Shown piece after piece: positions 49,563 through 62,264 of a DNA stretch of 64,000 nucleotides (positions within the stretch are counted from its first letter, which is position 1; each line of letters starts with the position of its first letter). The stretch is from an uncultured Gammaproteobacteria bacterium (GTDB lineage: Bacteria; Pseudomonadota; Gammaproteobacteria; Xanthomonadales; Rhodanobacteraceae), in contig OY969566.1 in assembly GCA_963701115.1 (NCBI GenBank), positions 2,598,097 to 2,662,096 of the forward strand, written 5' to 3'. The position numbers were made by a program, and so were the translations under genes. Under the pieces are notes generated by a model. That model saw only the letters and a list, made by a program, of their open reading frames with translations. It ran no database searches and was not told the DNA's origin.

Positions 49563-50030
49563 ATGTCGCGTAAAGGTTCCAATCCAACCCGCACCACGTT
49601 GCCCGATCCGAAGCACGGAAGTGATGTCATCGCGCGCTTCATAAATATGGTGATGCAGAGTGGCAAGAAGTCCGTTGCCGAAAAGATCGTCTACGGTGCG
49701 CTTGATCAGATCAGCGAAAAGCACGCCGAGCCGGTTGGCGTCGTCGAAAAGGCGCTCGGAAATGTCGCGCCTGCGGTCGAGGTGAAGTCGCGTCGAGTCG
49801 GTGGTGCAACGTATCAGGTTCCGGTCGAAGTGCGTTCGTCACGGCGCATGGCGCTGGCTATGCGCTGGCTGATCGAAGCGGCGCGCAAGCGTGGCGAGAA
49901 CACCATGCCGCGCAAGCTGGCTGCCGAGTTGCTCGATGCCGCTGAAAGCCGTGGTGGTGCCGTGAAGAAGCGTGAGGAAACGCATCGCATGGCGGAAGCC
50001 AACAAGGCCTTCTCGCACTATCGCTGGTAA
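49563..50030 (+). CDS. rpsG: 30S ribosomal protein S7
   Basis: [25 protein letters not shown]. Confidence 0.99.
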   Translation: MSRKGSNPTRTTLPDPKHGSDVIARFINMVMQSGKKSVAEKIVYGALDQISEKHAEPVGVVEKALGNVAPAVEVKSRRVGGATYQVPVEVRSSRRMALAMRWLIEAARKRGENTMPRKLAAELLDAAESRGGAVKKREETHRMAEANKAFSHYRW

Positions 50031-50048
50031 TGGTTTGAGGTATTTGTA

Positions 50049-52139
50049 GTGGCTCGCAGCACCCCAATCGATCGTTATCGTAATTTTGGCATCATGGCCC
50101 ACATCGATGCCGGAAAAACGACGACAACCGAACGCATCCTGTTTTACACCGGCGTCAACCACAAGATCGGTGAGGTGCATGAAGGTGCGGCAACCATGGA
50201 TTGGATGGAACAGGAGCAGGAGCGCGGAATCACCATCACCTCCGCTGCTACGACCTGTTTCTGGGCGGGTATGGATGGCAGTCTGGAGCAGCATCGCTTC
50301 AATATCATCGACACCCCCGGGCACGTCGATTTCACGATTGAAGTGGAGCGCTCGTTGCGGGTGCTGGATGGCGCGGTGTTCGTCCTGTGTGCGGTGGGTG
50401 GTGTGCAGCCGCAATCGGAGACGGTCTGGCGCCAGGCAAACAAGTACGGTGTCCCGCGGCTGGCGTTCGTCAACAAGATGGATCGTACCGGCGCGGATTT
50501 CGACAAGGTCGTCGGGCAGTTGAAGTCGCGACTCGGCGCAAGCCCGGTGCCGATGCAGTTGCCGATCGGCGCCGAAGAGAATTTCGAGGGCGTGGTCGAC
50601 CTGGTCAAGATGAAGGCAGTTTACTGGGATGTGGAATCCCAGGGTTTGAAGTTCGAGTATCGCGACATTCCTGCATCGCTGAAGGATGCCAGCGAAAAGG
50701 CGCGCTCGTTCCTGGTTGAGGCGGCAGCTGAATCCTCGGAAGACTTGATGAACAAGTATCTGGAGGATGGTTCGCTGTCGGAGGCCGAGATCATCGCCGG
50801 AATCCGCAACGGTACTGTTGCGGGGACGATCATTCCGGTCTTTTGTGGTACCGCATTCAAGAACAAGGGCGTTCAGGCGATGCTGGACGCGGTTATCCAG
50901 TTGTTGCCATCGCCCTCCGATCGCCCGCCAGTCAAGGGTGTGGATGAGTCGGAAAAGGAGGATTCGCGTCCGGCTAGCGATGACGCCGCGTTCTCGGCTT
51001 TGGCGTTCAAGATCATGACCGATCCGTTTGTCGGTTCGCTGACCTTCTTCCGCGTCTATTCCGGCGTGCTGAACTCAGGCGATACGGTTTACAACCCGGT
51101 CAAGAGCAGGAAGGAACGCGTGGGTCGTTTGCTGCAGATGCATGCGAACCAGCGCGACGAGATCAAGGAGGTTCGCGCGGGTGACATCGCTGCGGCTGTT
51201 GGTCTCAAGGATGTCACCACCGGTGACACCCTGTGTTCGCAGGACAAGGTCATAACGCTCGAACGCATGACGTTCCCGGAACCGGTGATCGCCATGGCCG
51301 TCGAGCCGAAGACCAAGTCCGATCAGGAGAAGATGGGAATTGCCTTGTCGCGTCTGGCCCAGGAGGATCCGTCCTTCCGTGTGCGTACCGACGAGGAATC
51401 GGGGCAGACAATCATTGCCGGCATGGGTGAGTTGCATCTCGACATCCTGGTTGATCGCATGCGCCGCGAATTCAATGTCGAGGCGAATGTAGGCAAACCG
51501 CAGGTCGCTTATCGCGAAACGATTCGCAAGGCGGTCAGGCAGGAAGGCAAGTTTGTGCGTCAGTCGGGCGGCAAGGGCCAGTACGGCCATGTTGTCCTCG
51601 AGATCGAGCCGCAGGAGCGCGGCAAGGGCTATGAATTCGTCAACGAGACTGTTGGCGGTTCCGTGCCGAAAGAATATGTGCCGGCGGTCGACAAGGGTAT
51701 TCGCGAAGCGATGACCAGTGGGCCGATGGCGGGTTACCCGGTTGTCGATATCAAGATCAAGCTGGTTGACGGCTCATATCATGAAGTCGACTCCAACGAG
51801 ATGGCCTTCAAGGTCGCCGGTTCGATGGGCTTCAAGGAAGGATTCAACAAGGCCAATCCGGTCTTGCTGGAGCCGATCATGAAGGTTGAAGTGGTGACGC
51901 CGGAAGATTACATGGGCGATGTCATGGGCGACTTGAGCAGGCGCCGCGGTCTCCTTCAGGGGACTGATGACACACCATCCGGCAAGGTCATTGATGCCCA
52001 GGTTCCATTGGGCGAGATGTTCGGATATGCAACCAGCCTGCGCTCCATGTCGCAGGGTCGCGCCACGTTCACGATGGAATTTGATCACTACGCCGAGGCA
52101 CCCAGCAGCATCGCCGAAGCGGTTATCAAGAAAAGCTAG
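50049..52139 (+). CDS. fusA: Elongation factor G
   Basis: [29 protein letters not shown]; GTG start. Confidence 0.99.
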   Translation: MARSTPIDRYRNFGIMAHIDAGKTTTTERILFYTGVNHKIGEVHEGAATMDWMEQEQERGITITSAATTCFWAGMDGSLEQHRFNIIDTPGHVDFTIEVERSLRVLDGAVFVLCAVGGVQPQSETVWRQANKYGVPRLAFVNKMDRTGADFDKVVGQLKSRLGASPVPMQLPIGAEENFEGVVDLVKMKAVYWDVESQGLKFEYRDIPASLKDASEKARSFLVEAAAESSEDLMNKYLEDGSLSEAEIIAGIRNGTVAGTIIPVFCGTAFKNKGVQAMLDAVIQLLPSPSDRPPVKGVDESEKEDSRPASDDAAFSALAFKIMTDPFVGSLTFFRVYSGVLNSGDTVYNPVKSRKERVGRLLQMHANQRDEIKEVRAGDIAAAVGLKDVTTGDTLCSQDKVITLERMTFPEPVIAMAVEPKTKSDQEKMGIALSRLAQEDPSFRVRTDEESGQTIIAGMGELHLDILVDRMRREFNVEANVGKPQVAYRETIRKAVRQEGKFVRQSGGKGQYGHVVLEIEPQERGKGYEFVNETVGGSVPKEYVPAVDKGIREAMTSGPMAGYPVVDIKIKLVDGSYHEVDSNEMAFKVAGSMGFKEGFNKANPVLLEPIMKVEVVTPEDYMGDVMGDLSRRRGLLQGTDDTPSGKVIDAQVPLGEMFGYATSLRSMSQGRATFTMEFDHYAEAPSSIAEAVIKKS

Positions 52140-52217
52140 GGATTGGAGATTGGGGATTGGAGATTCGCAAAATCGAATTCTCCTCTTCCGAATCTCGAAT
52201 CTCGAATCACGAATCAC
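52139..52217. repeat. Heptamer-periodic inverted repeat
   Basis: gggattg gagattg gggattg gagattc ... gaatctc gaatctc gaatcac gaatcac; overlaps the fusA stop. Confidence 0.88.
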
Positions 52218-52231
52218 AAAGGTAGACAGTC

Positions 52232-53422
52232 ATGGCCAAAGAGAAATTCGAGCGCAAGAAGCCGCACGTAAACGTCGGCACGATCGGTCACGTTGACCAC
52301 GGCAAGACGACCCTGACGGCGGCGCTGACGAAGCTCGGTGCAGAGCGTTTTGGCGGCGAGTTCAAGGCGTATGACGCGATTGACGCGGCGCCGGAAGAGA
52401 AGGCTCGCGGCATCACGATCTCGACGGCGCACGTGGAATACGAGTCGCCGATGCGCCATTACGCGCATGTTGATTGCCCGGGCCACGCCGACTACGTGAA
52501 GAACATGATCACGGGTGCCGCGCAGATGGACGGCGCGATCCTGGTCTGCTCGGCCGCCGACGGCCCGATGCCGCAGACGCGCGAGCACATCCTGCTGGCT
52601 CGCCAGGTCGGCGTGCCGTACGTGGTGGTGTTCCTGAACAAGGCCGACATGGTCGACGACGCCGAGCTGCTTGAGCTGGTCGAGATGGAAGTGCGTGAGC
52701 TGCTCTCGAAGTACGACTTCCCGGGCGACGACACCCCGATCATCCACGGTTCGGCACTGAAGGCGCTGGAAGGCGACCAGTCCGAGATTGGCGTGCCGTC
52801 GATCATCAAGCTGGTCGATGCCCTGGACAGCTGGATCCCGGAGCCGCTGCGTGACATCGAGAAGGCATTCCTGATGCCGGTCGAGGACGTATTCTCGATT
52901 TCGGGTCGCGGCACGGTGGTGACCGGGCGCATCGAGCGCGGCATCGTCAAGGTTGGTGACGAAATCGAGATCGTCGGCATCCGTCCGACGGTGAAGACGA
53001 CGGTCACTGGCGTGGAGATGTTCCGCAAGCTGCTCGATCAGGGTCAGGCCGGCGACAATGCAGGTCTGCTGTTGCGCGGCACCAAGCGTGACGACGTCGA
53101 GCGTGGCCAGGTGCTGGCCAAGCCGGGCTCGATCACGCCGCACACGAAGTTTGAAGCGGAAGTTTATGTGCTGAGCAAGGAAGAAGGCGGTCGTCATACG
53201 CCGTTCTTCAAGGGTTACCGCCCGCAGTTCTATTTCCGCACGACCGATGTGACCGGCGCTTGCGAGCTGCCGGAAGGCGTCGAGATGGTGATGCCGGGCG
53301 ACAACGTGAAGATGGTGGTGACGCTTATTGCCCCGATCGCGATGGACGATGGCCTGCGCTTCGCGATCCGCGAAGGTGGCCGTACCGTCGGTGCCGGTGT
53401 GGTTGCCAAGGTACTTGCATAA
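52232..53422 (+). CDS. tuf: Elongation factor Tu (copy 2)
   Basis: Protein identical to the copy at 35333. Confidence 0.99.
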   Translation: MAKEKFERKKPHVNVGTIGHVDHGKTTLTAALTKLGAERFGGEFKAYDAIDAAPEEKARGITISTAHVEYESPMRHYAHVDCPGHADYVKNMITGAAQMDGAILVCSAADGPMPQTREHILLARQVGVPYVVVFLNKADMVDDAELLELVEMEVRELLSKYDFPGDDTPIIHGSALKALEGDQSEIGVPSIIKLVDALDSWIPEPLRDIEKAFLMPVEDVFSISGRGTVVTGRIERGIVKVGDEIEIVGIRPTVKTTVTGVEMFRKLLDQGQAGDNAGLLLRGTKRDDVERGQVLAKPGSITPHTKFEAEVYVLSKEEGGRHTPFFKGYRPQFYFRTTDVTGACELPEGVEMVMPGDNVKMVVTLIAPIAMDDGLRFAIREGGRTVGAGVVAKVLA

Positions 53423-53428
53423 GAAGCC

Positions 53429-53509
53429 GGGATTCGTGATTCGGGATTCGGGATTCGTAAAAGCGGCTTTTCGCTCCACACGAATCCCGAATATCGAATC
53501 CCGAATCCC
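53429..53509. repeat. Heptamer-periodic inverted repeat
   Basis: gggattc gtgattc gggattc gggattc ... gaatccc gaatatc gaatccc gaatccc. Confidence 0.9.
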
Positions 53510-53574
53510 AAGCGAAAACAAATGAGCGGCCAGGGGTGTGCGCGCCCCTTGCTCCAACCAGGAAACAGACGGCA

Positions 53575-53886
53575 ATGGCAGACCAGAAGATTCGCATCAG
53601 GCTCAAGGCATTTGATCACCGCCTGATCGACCGTTCGGCAAGCGAGATCGTGGAAACGGCGAAGCGCACGGGTGCGCAGGTTCGTGGCCCGATTCCTCTG
53701 CCGACCAAGATTGAGCGCTACACCATTCTGGTGTCGCCTCATGCAGACAAGGATGCACGTGATCAGTACGAGACACGCATTCACAAGCGGGTACTGGATA
53801 TCGTTGACCCCAACGACAAGACCGTGGATGCCCTGATGAAGCTGGATCTGGCGGCCGGTGTGGACGTCCAGATCAAGCTCTACTGA
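53575..53886 (+). CDS. rpsJ: 30S ribosomal protein S10
   Basis: [28 protein letters not shown]. Confidence 0.99.
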   Translation: MADQKIRIRLKAFDHRLIDRSASEIVETAKRTGAQVRGPIPLPTKIERYTILVSPHADKDARDQYETRIHKRVLDIVDPNDKTVDALMKLDLAAGVDVQIKLY

Positions 53887-53908
53887 TAGCGGCAGATAGG
53901 ACACGACG

Positions 53909-54550
53909 ATGAGTATCGGATTGGTAGGCCGCAAATGCGGCATGAGCCGGATCTTCACAGAAGATGGCCGCTCGATTCCGGTGACGCTGATTGAAGCGAC
54001 ACCGAATCGTGTGACCCAGGTGAAGACGACGGAAATTGATGGTTACAACGCCATCCAGGTGACGGCTGGAAGCAAGCGCGCAGCGCTGGTGAACAAGCCG
54101 CTCGCCGGGCATTACGCCAAGGCCAAGGTCGAGGCGGGTCGCGGACTCTGGGAGTTCCGTCTGGAAGCAGACGAACTGGCCAAGTTCAATGTCGGTGGTG
54201 AGCTCAAGGCTGACGAGATCTTCACGGTCGGGCAGATCGTGGACGTTGCCGGCATCACCAAGGGCAAGGGCTTCCAGGGCACCATCAAGAAGTACAACTT
54301 CAAGATGGGTGACGCGACGCACGGTAACTCGCTGTCGCATCGTTCGCCGGGCTCGATCGGCCAGCGCCAGACCCCGGGCCGCGTGTTTCCGGGCAAGAAG
54401 ATGGCCGGTCACATGGGCGCGGTTCGTCGCTCGGCGATGAACCTTGAGGTCGTCAAGATCGACGCTGAGCGTCATCTGATCGCGATCAAGGGTTCGGTGC
54501 CGGGTGCCAAGGGCGGCAACCTGATTATCCGTCCTGCGGTCAAGGCATAA
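53909..54550 (+). CDS. rplC: 50S ribosomal protein L3
   Basis: [37 protein letters not shown]. Confidence 0.99.
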   Translation: MSIGLVGRKCGMSRIFTEDGRSIPVTLIEATPNRVTQVKTTEIDGYNAIQVTAGSKRAALVNKPLAGHYAKAKVEAGRGLWEFRLEADELAKFNVGGELKADEIFTVGQIVDVAGITKGKGFQGTIKKYNFKMGDATHGNSLSHRSPGSIGQRQTPGRVFPGKKMAGHMGAVRRSAMNLEVVKIDAERHLIAIKGSVPGAKGGNLIIRPAVKA

Positions 54551-54558
54551 GGAGCACG

Positions 54559-55164
54559 ATGATGGAACTCAATGTCATAGGCTCCAAGCCGGTTCAGGTT
54601 TCCGAGGCCGTTTTCGGCAAGGAATTCCGTGAGGATCTGGTTCACCAGGTGGTCGTCGCCTACCGCAACGCGGGTCGTTCAGGCACCAAGGCCCAACTGA
54701 CCCGCTCGGAAGTCAGCGGAACCACCAAGAAATCCAAGGCGCAGAAGGGTGGCGGTGCACGTCATGGCGCCCTCAAGGCTCCGATCTTCATCGGTGGTGG
54801 CGTTACCTTTGCGGCCAAGCCGCGCAGTTTTGCGCAGAAGATCAACCGCAAGATGTTCCGTGGAGCACTGGTTTCGATCCTTTCGGAACTCAATCGCTCA
54901 GGTCGTCTGCGTCTGGTTGATGGTTTCGGCATTGACCAGCCGAAGACGCAGTCGCTGGTTGCGAAGCTCGCCGAGCTTGAAGTGAGCGGTCGCGTTGTGC
55001 TGGTTGCCGAGGGCGCCCCCGAGGCACTCTATCTCGCCGCACGCAACATCCCATATGTGCATGTGGTGGAGGCATCCGCGATTGATCCGGTCAGCCTGGT
55101 CGGTGCCGATCATGTCCTGATGACTGTCGATTCGGTCAAGAAGATCGAGGAGTGGCTGGCATGA
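54559..55164 (+). CDS. rplD: 50S ribosomal protein L4
   Basis: [32 protein letters not shown]. Confidence 0.98.
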   Translation: MMELNVIGSKPVQVSEAVFGKEFREDLVHQVVVAYRNAGRSGTKAQLTRSEVSGTTKKSKAQKGGGARHGALKAPIFIGGGVTFAAKPRSFAQKINRKMFRGALVSILSELNRSGRLRLVDGFGIDQPKTQSLVAKLAELEVSGRVVLVAEGAPEALYLAARNIPYVHVVEASAIDPVSLVGADHVLMTVDSVKKIEEWLA

Positions 55165-55451
55165 AAGAGACTCTATACAACGTACTGCGTGCTCCGCTGA
55201 TCTCCGAAAAGACGGCGCGTCTGCAGGAAACGAACCAGTATGTATTCGAGGTTGCGCTAGGCGCGACCAAGGCCGATGTCAAAGAGGCCGTCGAGCAACT
55301 GTTCAGCGTGCAGGTCGAGGCGGTGAATGTGGTCAACCTCAAGGGGAAGACCAAGGCTTTCCGTCAAAGAAACGGGACTCGCGGCAACAAGCGCAAGGCC
55401 TATGTACGTCTTGGCGAAGGTCAATCCATCGACGTGATGGCCAAGGCCTAA
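55161..55451 (+). CDS. rplW: 50S ribosomal protein L23
   Basis: [21 protein letters not shown]. Confidence 0.97.
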   Translation: MKETLYNVLRAPLISEKTARLQETNQYVFEVALGATKADVKEAVEQLFSVQVEAVNVVNLKGKTKAFRQRNGTRGNKRKAYVRLGEGQSIDVMAKA

Positions 55452-55463
55452 GGTGAACTATCC

Positions 55464-56291
55464 ATGGCACTGATTACACTCAAGCCCACATCCGCAGGTC
55501 GTCGCTCCGCGGTACGTGTTTCGACCCCGGGGCTGCACAAGGGCGCGCCGTACGCGCCGTTGACGGAGTCGCAAAACAAGACGGGTGGACGCAACCATTA
55601 CGGTCGCATTACCACGCGTCACAAGGGTGGCGGCTCCAAGCAGCACTATCGCATCATCGATTTCAAGCGCGACAAGGAAGGCATCGCCTGCCGCATTGAG
55701 CGCCTGGAATACGATCCGAATCGGACTTCGCATATCGCGCTGCTGCTGTATGCGGACGGTGAGCGTCGCTACATCATTGCACCGAAGGGTGCGAAGGTGG
55801 ACGATCAGCTCATGGCCGGTCGCGAGGCGCCGATCAAGACCGGCAATTCGTTGCCGCTGCGCAACATCCCGATCGGTTCGACTGTTCATTGCATCGAGAT
55901 GAAGCCGGGCAAGGGTGCGCAGATTGCGCGTGCTGCCGGTGCCTCGGCCCAGTTGGTCGCTCGCGAGCAAGGTCATGCAACGTTGCGTCTCCGTTCCGGC
56001 GAGATGCGCAAGGTTCCTGCCGAGTGTCGCGCAACGATCGGCGAAGTCGGCAACTCCGAGCATAGCCTCGAGAAGCTTGGCAAGGCCGGCGCAAGTCGTT
56101 GGCGCGGTATCCGCCCGACCGTTCGTGGTGCTGCCATGAATCCGGTTGACCATCCACACGGTGGTGGTGAAGCGAAGGCTGGCCAGGGCAACCCACATCC
56201 GGTTTCGCCGTGGGGCATGCCGACCAAGGGTTACAAGACGCGCAAGAACAAGCGCACCGACAAGTTCATCGTGCGCGATCGCAGAGGTTGA
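55464..56291 (+). CDS. rplB: 50S ribosomal protein L2
   Basis: [27 protein letters not shown]. Confidence 0.99.
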   Translation: MALITLKPTSAGRRSAVRVSTPGLHKGAPYAPLTESQNKTGGRNHYGRITTRHKGGGSKQHYRIIDFKRDKEGIACRIERLEYDPNRTSHIALLLYADGERRYIIAPKGAKVDDQLMAGREAPIKTGNSLPLRNIPIGSTVHCIEMKPGKGAQIARAAGASAQLVAREQGHATLRLRSGEMRKVPAECRATIGEVGNSEHSLEKLGKAGASRWRGIRPTVRGAAMNPVDHPHGGGEAKAGQGNPHPVSPWGMPTKGYKTRKNKRTDKFIVRDRRG

Positions 56292-56299
56292 GATAGATC

Positions 56300-56584
56300 A
56301 TGGCTCGTTCATTGAAGAAAGGCCCGTTCATCGACCACCACCTTCTGAAGAAGGTAGAGGCGATTTCGACAGGCAGCAACAAGCGCCCGATCAAGACCTG
56401 GTCGCGCCGCTCCATGGTCTCGCCGGAAATGGTTGGACTGACCCTGGCGATCCACAATGGTCGCCAACACGTGCCGGTTCTGGTCAACGAGAACATGGTC
56501 GGCCACAAGCTCGGCGAGTTCGCCGTGACCCGCACGTTCAAGGGTCACTCCGGCGACAAGAAATCCGCCGACAAGAAGCGATAG
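56300..56584 (+). CDS. rpsS: 30S ribosomal protein S19
   Basis: [23 protein letters not shown]. Confidence 0.99.
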   Translation: MARSLKKGPFIDHHLLKKVEAISTGSNKRPIKTWSRRSMVSPEMVGLTLAIHNGRQHVPVLVNENMVGHKLGEFAVTRTFKGHSGDKKSADKKR

Positions 56585-56596
56585 GGAGATAGCATC

Positions 56597-56926
56597 GTGG
56601 AAGCCAAAGCGATACTGCGCAGCGCGCGCATCTCCGCCCAGAAGGTTCGCCTCGTCGCCGATCAGGTGCGTGGCATGCCGGTAGGCAACGCAACCAACCT
56701 GCTCACCTTCAGTAACAAGAAGGCCGCGCATCTGGTCAAGAAGCTTCTGTTGTCGGCGGTTGCCAATGCCGAAAACAATCTTGGCGCCGATGTCGATGAA
56801 CTGATGGTCTCGAAGATCTTTGTCGACGAGGGTCCGTCACTGAAGCGTATGCATGCACGTGCCAAGGGCCGTGGAAACCGTATTACCAAGCGCACCAGCC
56901 ACATTACCGTGGTCGTGGGCGAGTAA
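56597..56926 (+). CDS. rplV: 50S ribosomal protein L22
   Basis: [24 protein letters not shown]; GTG start. Confidence 0.98.
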   Translation: MEAKAILRSARISAQKVRLVADQVRGMPVGNATNLLTFSNKKAAHLVKKLLLSAVANAENNLGADVDELMVSKIFVDEGPSLKRMHARAKGRGNRITKRTSHITVVVGE

Positions 56927-56938
56927 AGGACGCTAACG

Positions 56939-57640
56939 ATGGGTCATAAAGTCAATCCGATTGGGTTCCGCCTTGGCATTTCCAAGGACTGGAATTCCAA
57001 GTGGTTCGCCAACAAGCGCGACTTCGCCGGTTATCTCGCTGCCGATCTCAAGGTGCGCGAGCTGCTCAAGAAGAAGCTCGCCCAGGCAGGCATCTCGAAG
57101 ATCCTGATCGAGCGTCCGGCCAAGACTGCACGCGTGACGATCCACACGGCGCGTCCGGGTGTCGTCATCGGCAAGAAGGGTGAGGACATCGAGAAGCTGC
57201 GCAAGGAAGTCTCGTCGGTAATGGGCGTTCCCGCTCACATCAACGTGACCGAGGTGCGCAAGCCCGAGCTCGACGCGCAACTGGTTGCCGAATCGATCGC
57301 CCAGCAGCTTGAGCGCCGCATCATGTTCCGTCGTGCAATGAAGCGCTCGGTACAGAACGCGATGCGTCTCGGCGCGCTTGGTATCAAGGTCAATGTCGGA
57401 GGACGTCTGAACGGTGCCGAGATCGCGCGTTCGGAATGGGCCCGCGAGGGTCGCGTCCCGCTACACACGTTGCGTGCGGACATTGATTACGGCCTGGCCG
57501 AAGCGAAAACCACCTACGGCATCATCGGGGTCAAGGTCTGGATCTACAAAGGCGAGATTTTCGACCTTCATGCCGCCACGCAAGAAGCCAAGACCGAGGC
57601 AAGCGAAGAGCGCGCGCCTCGTCGGTCTTCAGCGAAGTAA
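56939..57640 (+). CDS. rpsC: 30S ribosomal protein S3
   Basis: [34 protein letters not shown]. Confidence 0.99.
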   Translation: MGHKVNPIGFRLGISKDWNSKWFANKRDFAGYLAADLKVRELLKKKLAQAGISKILIERPAKTARVTIHTARPGVVIGKKGEDIEKLRKEVSSVMGVPAHINVTEVRKPELDAQLVAESIAQQLERRIMFRRAMKRSVQNAMRLGALGIKVNVGGRLNGAEIARSEWAREGRVPLHTLRADIDYGLAEAKTTYGIIGVKVWIYKGEIFDLHAATQEAKTEASEERAPRRSSAK

Positions 57641-57651
57641 GGAACTGAATC

Positions 57652-58065
57652 ATGTTGCAACCGAAGCGAACCAAGTACCGCAAGGTGCATAAAGGCCGTA
57701 ACTCGGGCATGTCGTATGTTGCCACCAAGGTGAGTTTTGGCGCCTTTGGATTGAAGGCGACGACGCATGGCCAACTGACGGCTCGCCAGATTGAAGCCGC
57801 ACGACGCTGCATCACGCGTTTCGTGAAGCGCGGCGGCAAGTTGTGGATCCGCGTGTTTCCGGACAAGCCGGTTACCAAGAAACCCATCGAGGTTCGTATG
57901 GGTAAGGGCAAGGGTAGTGTGGAATTCTGGGTGGCTCCGATTCAACCGGGCCGTATGCTTTATGAAATCGAGGGTGTTGACGAGACCACTGCACGCGAGG
58001 CGTTTCGCCTGGCTGCAGCCAAACTCTCCGTTCAGACCCAGTTTGTAACGAGAACGGTGCTGTAA
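57652..58065 (+). CDS. rplP: 50S ribosomal protein L16
   Basis: [24 protein letters not shown]. Confidence 0.99.
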   Translation: MLQPKRTKYRKVHKGRNSGMSYVATKVSFGAFGLKATTHGQLTARQIEAARRCITRFVKRGGKLWIRVFPDKPVTKKPIEVRMGKGKGSVEFWVAPIQPGRMLYEIEGVDETTAREAFRLAAAKLSVQTQFVTRTVL

Positions 58066-58250
58066 TGGAACTCAAAGATATTCGCCAGAAATCGGAGAAG
58101 GAGCTGAATGAACATCTCGGCGAGCTTCGCCGTGAGCAGTTCAATCTGCGCATGCAGAAGGGCTCTGGTCAGCTTACCCAAACCCACCAGTTCGGACGTG
58201 TCCGGCGCGAGATCGCGCAGGTCAAGTTCGTCCTCGGCAGCAAGAAGTAA
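58065..58250 (+). CDS. rpmC: 50S ribosomal protein L29
   Basis: LRREQFNLRMQ, VRREIAQVK; located between rplP and rpsQ. Confidence 0.96.
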   Translation: MELKDIRQKSEKELNEHLGELRREQFNLRMQKGSGQLTQTHQFGRVRREIAQVKFVLGSKK

Positions 58251-58259
58251 GGACGACCG

Positions 58260-58523
58260 ATGAGCGAAACAGAAAAGAATGCGCGCACGCTCGAAGGGCG
58301 TGTGGTCAGCAACAAGATGCAGAAGACGGTTACTGTTCTGCTGGAACGCCAGGTTCAGCATCCGCTGTACGGCAAGATTGTTCGTCGTTCGACGAAGGTG
58401 CATGCACACGATGCCGATGGCTCATGCCAGGAAGGCGACGTGGTGCGCATTTCCGAGACACGACCACAATCGAAGACGAAAAACTGGCGCGTGGTCGAGA
58501 TCGTCACGCGGGCCACGCAGTAA
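58260..58523 (+). CDS. rpsQ: 30S ribosomal protein S17
   Basis: [26 protein letters not shown]. Confidence 0.98.
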   Translation: MSETEKNARTLEGRVVSNKMQKTVTVLLERQVQHPLYGKIVRRSTKVHAHDADGSCQEGDVVRISETRPQSKTKNWRVVEIVTRATQ

Positions 58524-58551
58524 TCTGCCCGGGATGTAAGGAGCAAGCAAT

Positions 58552-58920
58552 ATGATCCAGATGCAGAGCAAGCTGGCCGCAGCGGACAATAGCGGTGCTC
58601 GCGAACTGATGTGTATCAAGGTGCTCGGAGGTTCGAAGCGCCGTTACGCCCAGATCGGTGACGTCATCAAGGTTTCCGTGCGCGAAGCGATTCCGCGCGG
58701 CAAGGTAAAGAAGGGCGAGGTTTATGACGCCGTTGTCGTGCGTACCCGCAAGGGTGTTCGTCGCGCCGATGGTTCGCTGATCCGTTTCGACGGCAATGCG
58801 GCCGTTCTCCTCAACAACAAGCTCGAGCCGATCGGAACCCGCATCTTCGGGCCGGTGACGCGCGAGCTGCGCGGTGAGAAGTTCATGAAGATCGTCTCGC
58901 TCGCTCCAGAAGTGCTGTAA
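58552..58920 (+). CDS. rplN: 50S ribosomal protein L14
   Basis: [28 protein letters not shown]. Confidence 0.99.
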   Translation: MIQMQSKLAAADNSGARELMCIKVLGGSKRRYAQIGDVIKVSVREAIPRGKVKKGEVYDAVVVRTRKGVRRADGSLIRFDGNAAVLLNNKLEPIGTRIFGPVTRELRGEKFMKIVSLAPEVL

Positions 58921-58934
58921 ACGGGAAAGACGAC

Positions 58935-59249
58935 ATGAACCGTATCCGCAAAGGCGACCAGGTCATCGTGATCGCCGGCAAGAACAAGGGTCAGAAGAGC
59001 GAAGTCTCACGCGTGGTCGGTGATCGCGTATTTGTGCAGAACGTGAATCTGGTCAAGCGTCACACGAAGCCGAATCCGCAGGCCAACCAGCCGGGTGGAA
59101 TCATCGAGCGCGAGGCTTCGATCGACATTTCTAACGTACAGTTGTTCAACTCCGCAACGGGCAAGGGCGCACGCGTCGGCTTCAAGACTCTTGAAGACGG
59201 TCGCAAGGTTCGCGTTTTCCGCCCGTCCGGCGAAGTTGTCGACGTCTGA
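58935..59249 (+). CDS. rplX: 50S ribosomal protein L24
   Basis: [25 protein letters not shown]. Confidence 0.98.
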   Translation: MNRIRKGDQVIVIAGKNKGQKSEVSRVVGDRVFVQNVNLVKRHTKPNPQANQPGGIIEREASIDISNVQLFNSATGKGARVGFKTLEDGRKVRVFRPSGEVVDV

Positions 59250-59259
59250 GGCTGCCGCA

Positions 59260-59802
59260 ATGACAACGCGTCTTGAAACCATCTACAAAGAAACGATCGT
59301 ACCGAAGCTGACCGAGCGTTTCGGCTACAAGAATCCGATGCAGGTGCCGCGCCTGTCCAAGGTCACGCTCAACATGGGCGTGGGTGAGGCGGTCGGCAAC
59401 AAGAAGATTCTCGAGAACGCCGTGGCCGATATGGCCAAGATCGGCGGACAGAAGCCGATCATCACGCTGTCGAAGAAGTCGATTGCGACTTTCAAGATTC
59501 GCGACAACTGGCCGATCGGCTGCAAGGTGACCTTGCGTCGGGCGCAGATGTTCGAGTTCGTCGATCGTCTGGTCAATGTCTCGCTGCCGCGCGTTCGCGA
59601 CTTCCGCGGCATCTCGGGCCGTTCGTTCGATGGGCGTGGCAACTACAACATGGGCGTCAAGGAACAGATCATCTTCCCCGAGATTGATTTCGACCAGATC
59701 GACGCTCTGCGCGGCATGGATATCGCGATCACCACGACCGCGCGTACCGACGAAGAAGCGAAGGCGTTGCTCGAAGCCTTTGGTTTTCCGTTCCGCAACT
59801 AA
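59260..59802 (+). CDS. rplE: 50S ribosomal protein L5
   Basis: [31 protein letters not shown]. Confidence 0.99.
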   Translation: MTTRLETIYKETIVPKLTERFGYKNPMQVPRLSKVTLNMGVGEAVGNKKILENAVADMAKIGGQKPIITLSKKSIATFKIRDNWPIGCKVTLRRAQMFEFVDRLVNVSLPRVRDFRGISGRSFDGRGNYNMGVKEQIIFPEIDFDQIDALRGMDIAITTTARTDEEAKALLEAFGFPFRN

Positions 59803-59826
59803 TTCAGCGACACAGGAATACCGGCA

Positions 59827-60132
59827 ATGGCCAAGACTTCAATGATCATGCGCGAGAACAAGCGCACGAAACTCGTCAAGAAACATGCAGCAAAGCGCGA
59901 TCAGCTCAAGAAGATCGTCAGCAGCCCGAAGGCGTCCTACGAGGAAAAGCTCGAAGCCGCCATCAAGCTGCAGAAACTGCCGCGCGATTCGAGCCCGGCT
60001 CGTCAGCGCAGCCGCTGTGCACTGACTGGTCGTTCGCGCAGCGTGTACGAGAAATTCGGCCTGGGTCGCATGAAGCTGCGCGAAGCGACGATGCGCGGCG
60101 ACGTTCCCGGCCTGCGTAAGGCAAGCTGGTGA
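59827..60132 (+). CDS. rpsN: 30S ribosomal protein S14
   Basis: [21 protein letters not shown]. Confidence 0.98.
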   Translation: MAKTSMIMRENKRTKLVKKHAAKRDQLKKIVSSPKASYEEKLEAAIKLQKLPRDSSPARQRSRCALTGRSRSVYEKFGLGRMKLREATMRGDVPGLRKASW

Positions 60133-60138
60133 AATACC

Positions 60139-60228
60139 GGGATTCGTGATTCGAGAATCGGGATTCGTAAGGGCAAAAGCCTCGCGAACTCCGCTTTTAC
60201 GAATCCCGAATCCCCAATCCCGAATTTC
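60139..60228. repeat. Heptamer-periodic inverted repeat
   Basis: gggattc gtgattc gagaatc gggattc ... gaatccc gaatccc caatccc gaatttc, inside the spc operon. Confidence 0.9.
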
Positions 60229-60268
60229 GGCTCCACCCGATATCGATGCCTCAAAGGATTTTTGAAAC

Positions 60269-60664
60269 ATGAGCATGACTGATCCCATCGCGGATATGTT
60301 CACGCGTATCCGTAACGCCCAGGCTACCGGCAAGCGCGCAGTGCGCATGCCCTCGTCACGGGTCAAACTCGCTATCGCCACCCTGCTCAAGGATGAAGGC
60401 TACGTGTCTGAGTTCCAGGTGCAGGCCCACGAGGGCAAGCCGGTTCTCGAAATCGTGCTGAAGTACTACGAAGGCAAGCCGGTCGTTGCGCGCATTGAGC
60501 GCGTCAGCCGTTCGGGCCTGCGCGTATATCGCGGCAAGAGCGAGCTGCCGAAGGTTCTCAATGGCCTCGGAATTTCCATCGTCTCCACATCGTCCGGAAT
60601 CATGACCGACGCACAAGCCCGCACCAAGGGTCTTGGTGGCGAAGTCATCGGCATCGTGGCCTAA
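60269..60664 (+). CDS. rpsH: 30S ribosomal protein S8
   Basis: [26 protein letters not shown]. Confidence 0.99.
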   Translation: MSMTDPIADMFTRIRNAQATGKRAVRMPSSRVKLAIATLLKDEGYVSEFQVQAHEGKPVLEIVLKYYEGKPVVARIERVSRSGLRVYRGKSELPKVLNGLGISIVSTSSGIMTDAQARTKGLGGEVIGIVA

Positions 60665-60675
60665 GGAGAGAAGAC

Positions 60676-61203
60676 ATGTCCCGCGTTGCCAAGAAACCCG
60701 TAGTACTGCCGAAGGGCGTTGACGTCCAGGTTGCAGCAGAAGCGATCACTGTAAAGGGCCCGAAAGGCACGCTCAGGTTGGCAACACCTCCCGGTGTCGT
60801 CGCCAGGCTCGAAGACGGTCAGGTATTGTTCAGTGGCAAGACCGCAGACGATGTCAAGATGGCCGGTACCGCCCGTGCGCTGATCAACAACATGGTTGTC
60901 GGTGTCAGCGAGGGCTATCAGCGCAAGCTTGAGCTGGTCGGCGTCGGCTACCGCGCCGCGCTTGCCGGCAAGGACCTGAATCTGACACTCGGCTTCTCGC
61001 ATCCGGTCGTGTTCAAGGCTCCAGAGGGAGTCACGCTTGAAGTTCCGACCCAGACCGAGATCCTGATCAAGGGAACAGACAAGCAGGTTGTCGGCGAGGC
61101 TGCCGCCAAGATCCGCGCATTCCGTCCACCGGAACCCTACAAGGGCAAGGGTGTGCGTTATGCAGGCGAGAAGATCACCTTGAAGGAAGCCAAGAAGGCC
61201 TAA
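60676..61203 (+). CDS. rplF: 50S ribosomal protein L6
   Basis: [23 protein letters not shown]. Confidence 0.99.
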   Translation: MSRVAKKPVVLPKGVDVQVAAEAITVKGPKGTLRLATPPGVVARLEDGQVLFSGKTADDVKMAGTARALINNMVVGVSEGYQRKLELVGVGYRAALAGKDLNLTLGFSHPVVFKAPEGVTLEVPTQTEILIKGTDKQVVGEAAAKIRAFRPPEPYKGKGVRYAGEKITLKEAKKA

Positions 61204-61230
61204 GGCACTTCAGCTTCCCGGAGAAAGACA

Positions 61231-61584
61231 GTGGACAAGAACATCGCAAGACTTCGTCGCGCCAAATCGACGCGCATGCATATCCGCTCGTTGGGTGTGC
61301 CGCGCCTCAGCGTGCATCGCACCGGGCAACATCTCTATGCGCAGGTTTTCAGCGCATCGGGTAACAAGGTGCTCGCTACAGCATCAACCGTGCAAAAGGC
61401 GGTTGCTGAAGGGCTCAAGAGCACCAAGAACAAGGACGCTGCCGCGGCGGTTGGCAAGGCAATTGCCGAACGCGCGCTGAAAGCGGGAATCGAGAGTGTT
61501 GCTTTCGATCGCTCGGGCTTCCGTTACCACGGCCGCATCCAGGTTCTGGCTGATGCCGCGCGCGAAGCAGGATTGAAGTTCTGA
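61231..61584 (+). CDS. rplR: 50S ribosomal protein L18
   Basis: [25 protein letters not shown]; GTG start. Confidence 0.98.
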   Translation: MDKNIARLRRAKSTRMHIRSLGVPRLSVHRTGQHLYAQVFSASGNKVLATASTVQKAVAEGLKSTKNKDAAAAVGKAIAERALKAGIESVAFDRSGFRYHGRIQVLADAAREAGLKF

Positions 61585-61591
61585 TTTCGCC

Positions 61592-61670
61592 GGGATTGGG
61601 GATTTGGGATTCGGGATTCGAAAAAGCGACGCTGTACGGCCGCCTTTGCGAATCCCCAATCTCGAATCCC
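61592..61670. repeat. Heptamer-periodic inverted repeat
   Basis: gggattg gggattt gggattc gggattc ... gaatccc caatctc gaatccc, between rplR and rpsE. Confidence 0.88.
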
Positions 61671-61754
61671 GACCCCAAAGATCCACCACAACTCCAAGCG
61701 GTTCCAACCGCAAATTAAAGTCCGGATCCCCAGTGACCGGCACAAAGGTGAAAC

Positions 61755-62264
61755 ATGTCCAGCAATGATCGTGAGCCGAGCGACGGCCTCCTCGAGAAGT
61801 TGATCGCAGTGAATCGAGTGGCGAAAACCGTAAAGGGTGGTCGTCAGATGAGCTTTACCGCACTGACCGTTGTCGGTGATGGCGAAGGTCGGGTTGGTTT
61901 TGGCTATGGCAAGGCGCGTGAAGTGCCGATCGCCATCCAGAAGGCCATGGAGCGCGCGCGCAAAAACATGGTTCGCGTTGAGCTCAAGGAAGGCACTCTG
62001 TGGCACGCCGTCAAGGCCAACCACGGCGCGGCGCGGGTATACATGCAGCCGGCTTCCGAGGGTACCGGCGTGATTGCCGGTGGTGCCATGCGTGCGGTGC
62101 TCGAGGTGGTCGGGGTGAAGGACGTCCTGGCCAAGGCGGTTGGCTCGCGCAATCCGATCAACCTGGTTCGCGCGACGATCAATGGCCTGCAGGCCATGGC
62201 AACGCCGCAAGGCATCGCGTCCAAGCGCGGCAAGACGATTGATGAGGTACTCGGCAATGGCTAA
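61755..62264 (+). CDS. rpsE: 30S ribosomal protein S5
   Basis: [26 protein letters not shown]. Confidence 0.99.
   Translation: MSSNDREPSDGLLEKLIAVNRVAKTVKGGRQMSFTALTVVGDGEGRVGFGYGKAREVPIAIQKAMERARKNMVRVELKEGTLWHAVKANHGAARVYMQPASEGTGVIAGGAMRAVLEVVGVKDVLAKAVGSRNPINLVRATINGLQAMATPQGIASKRGKTIDEVLGNG

Noticed and set aside
59827-60132. S14 lacking a zinc-ribbon motif
   Set aside because: The 101-aa form with a single Cys is the normal proteobacterial S14.
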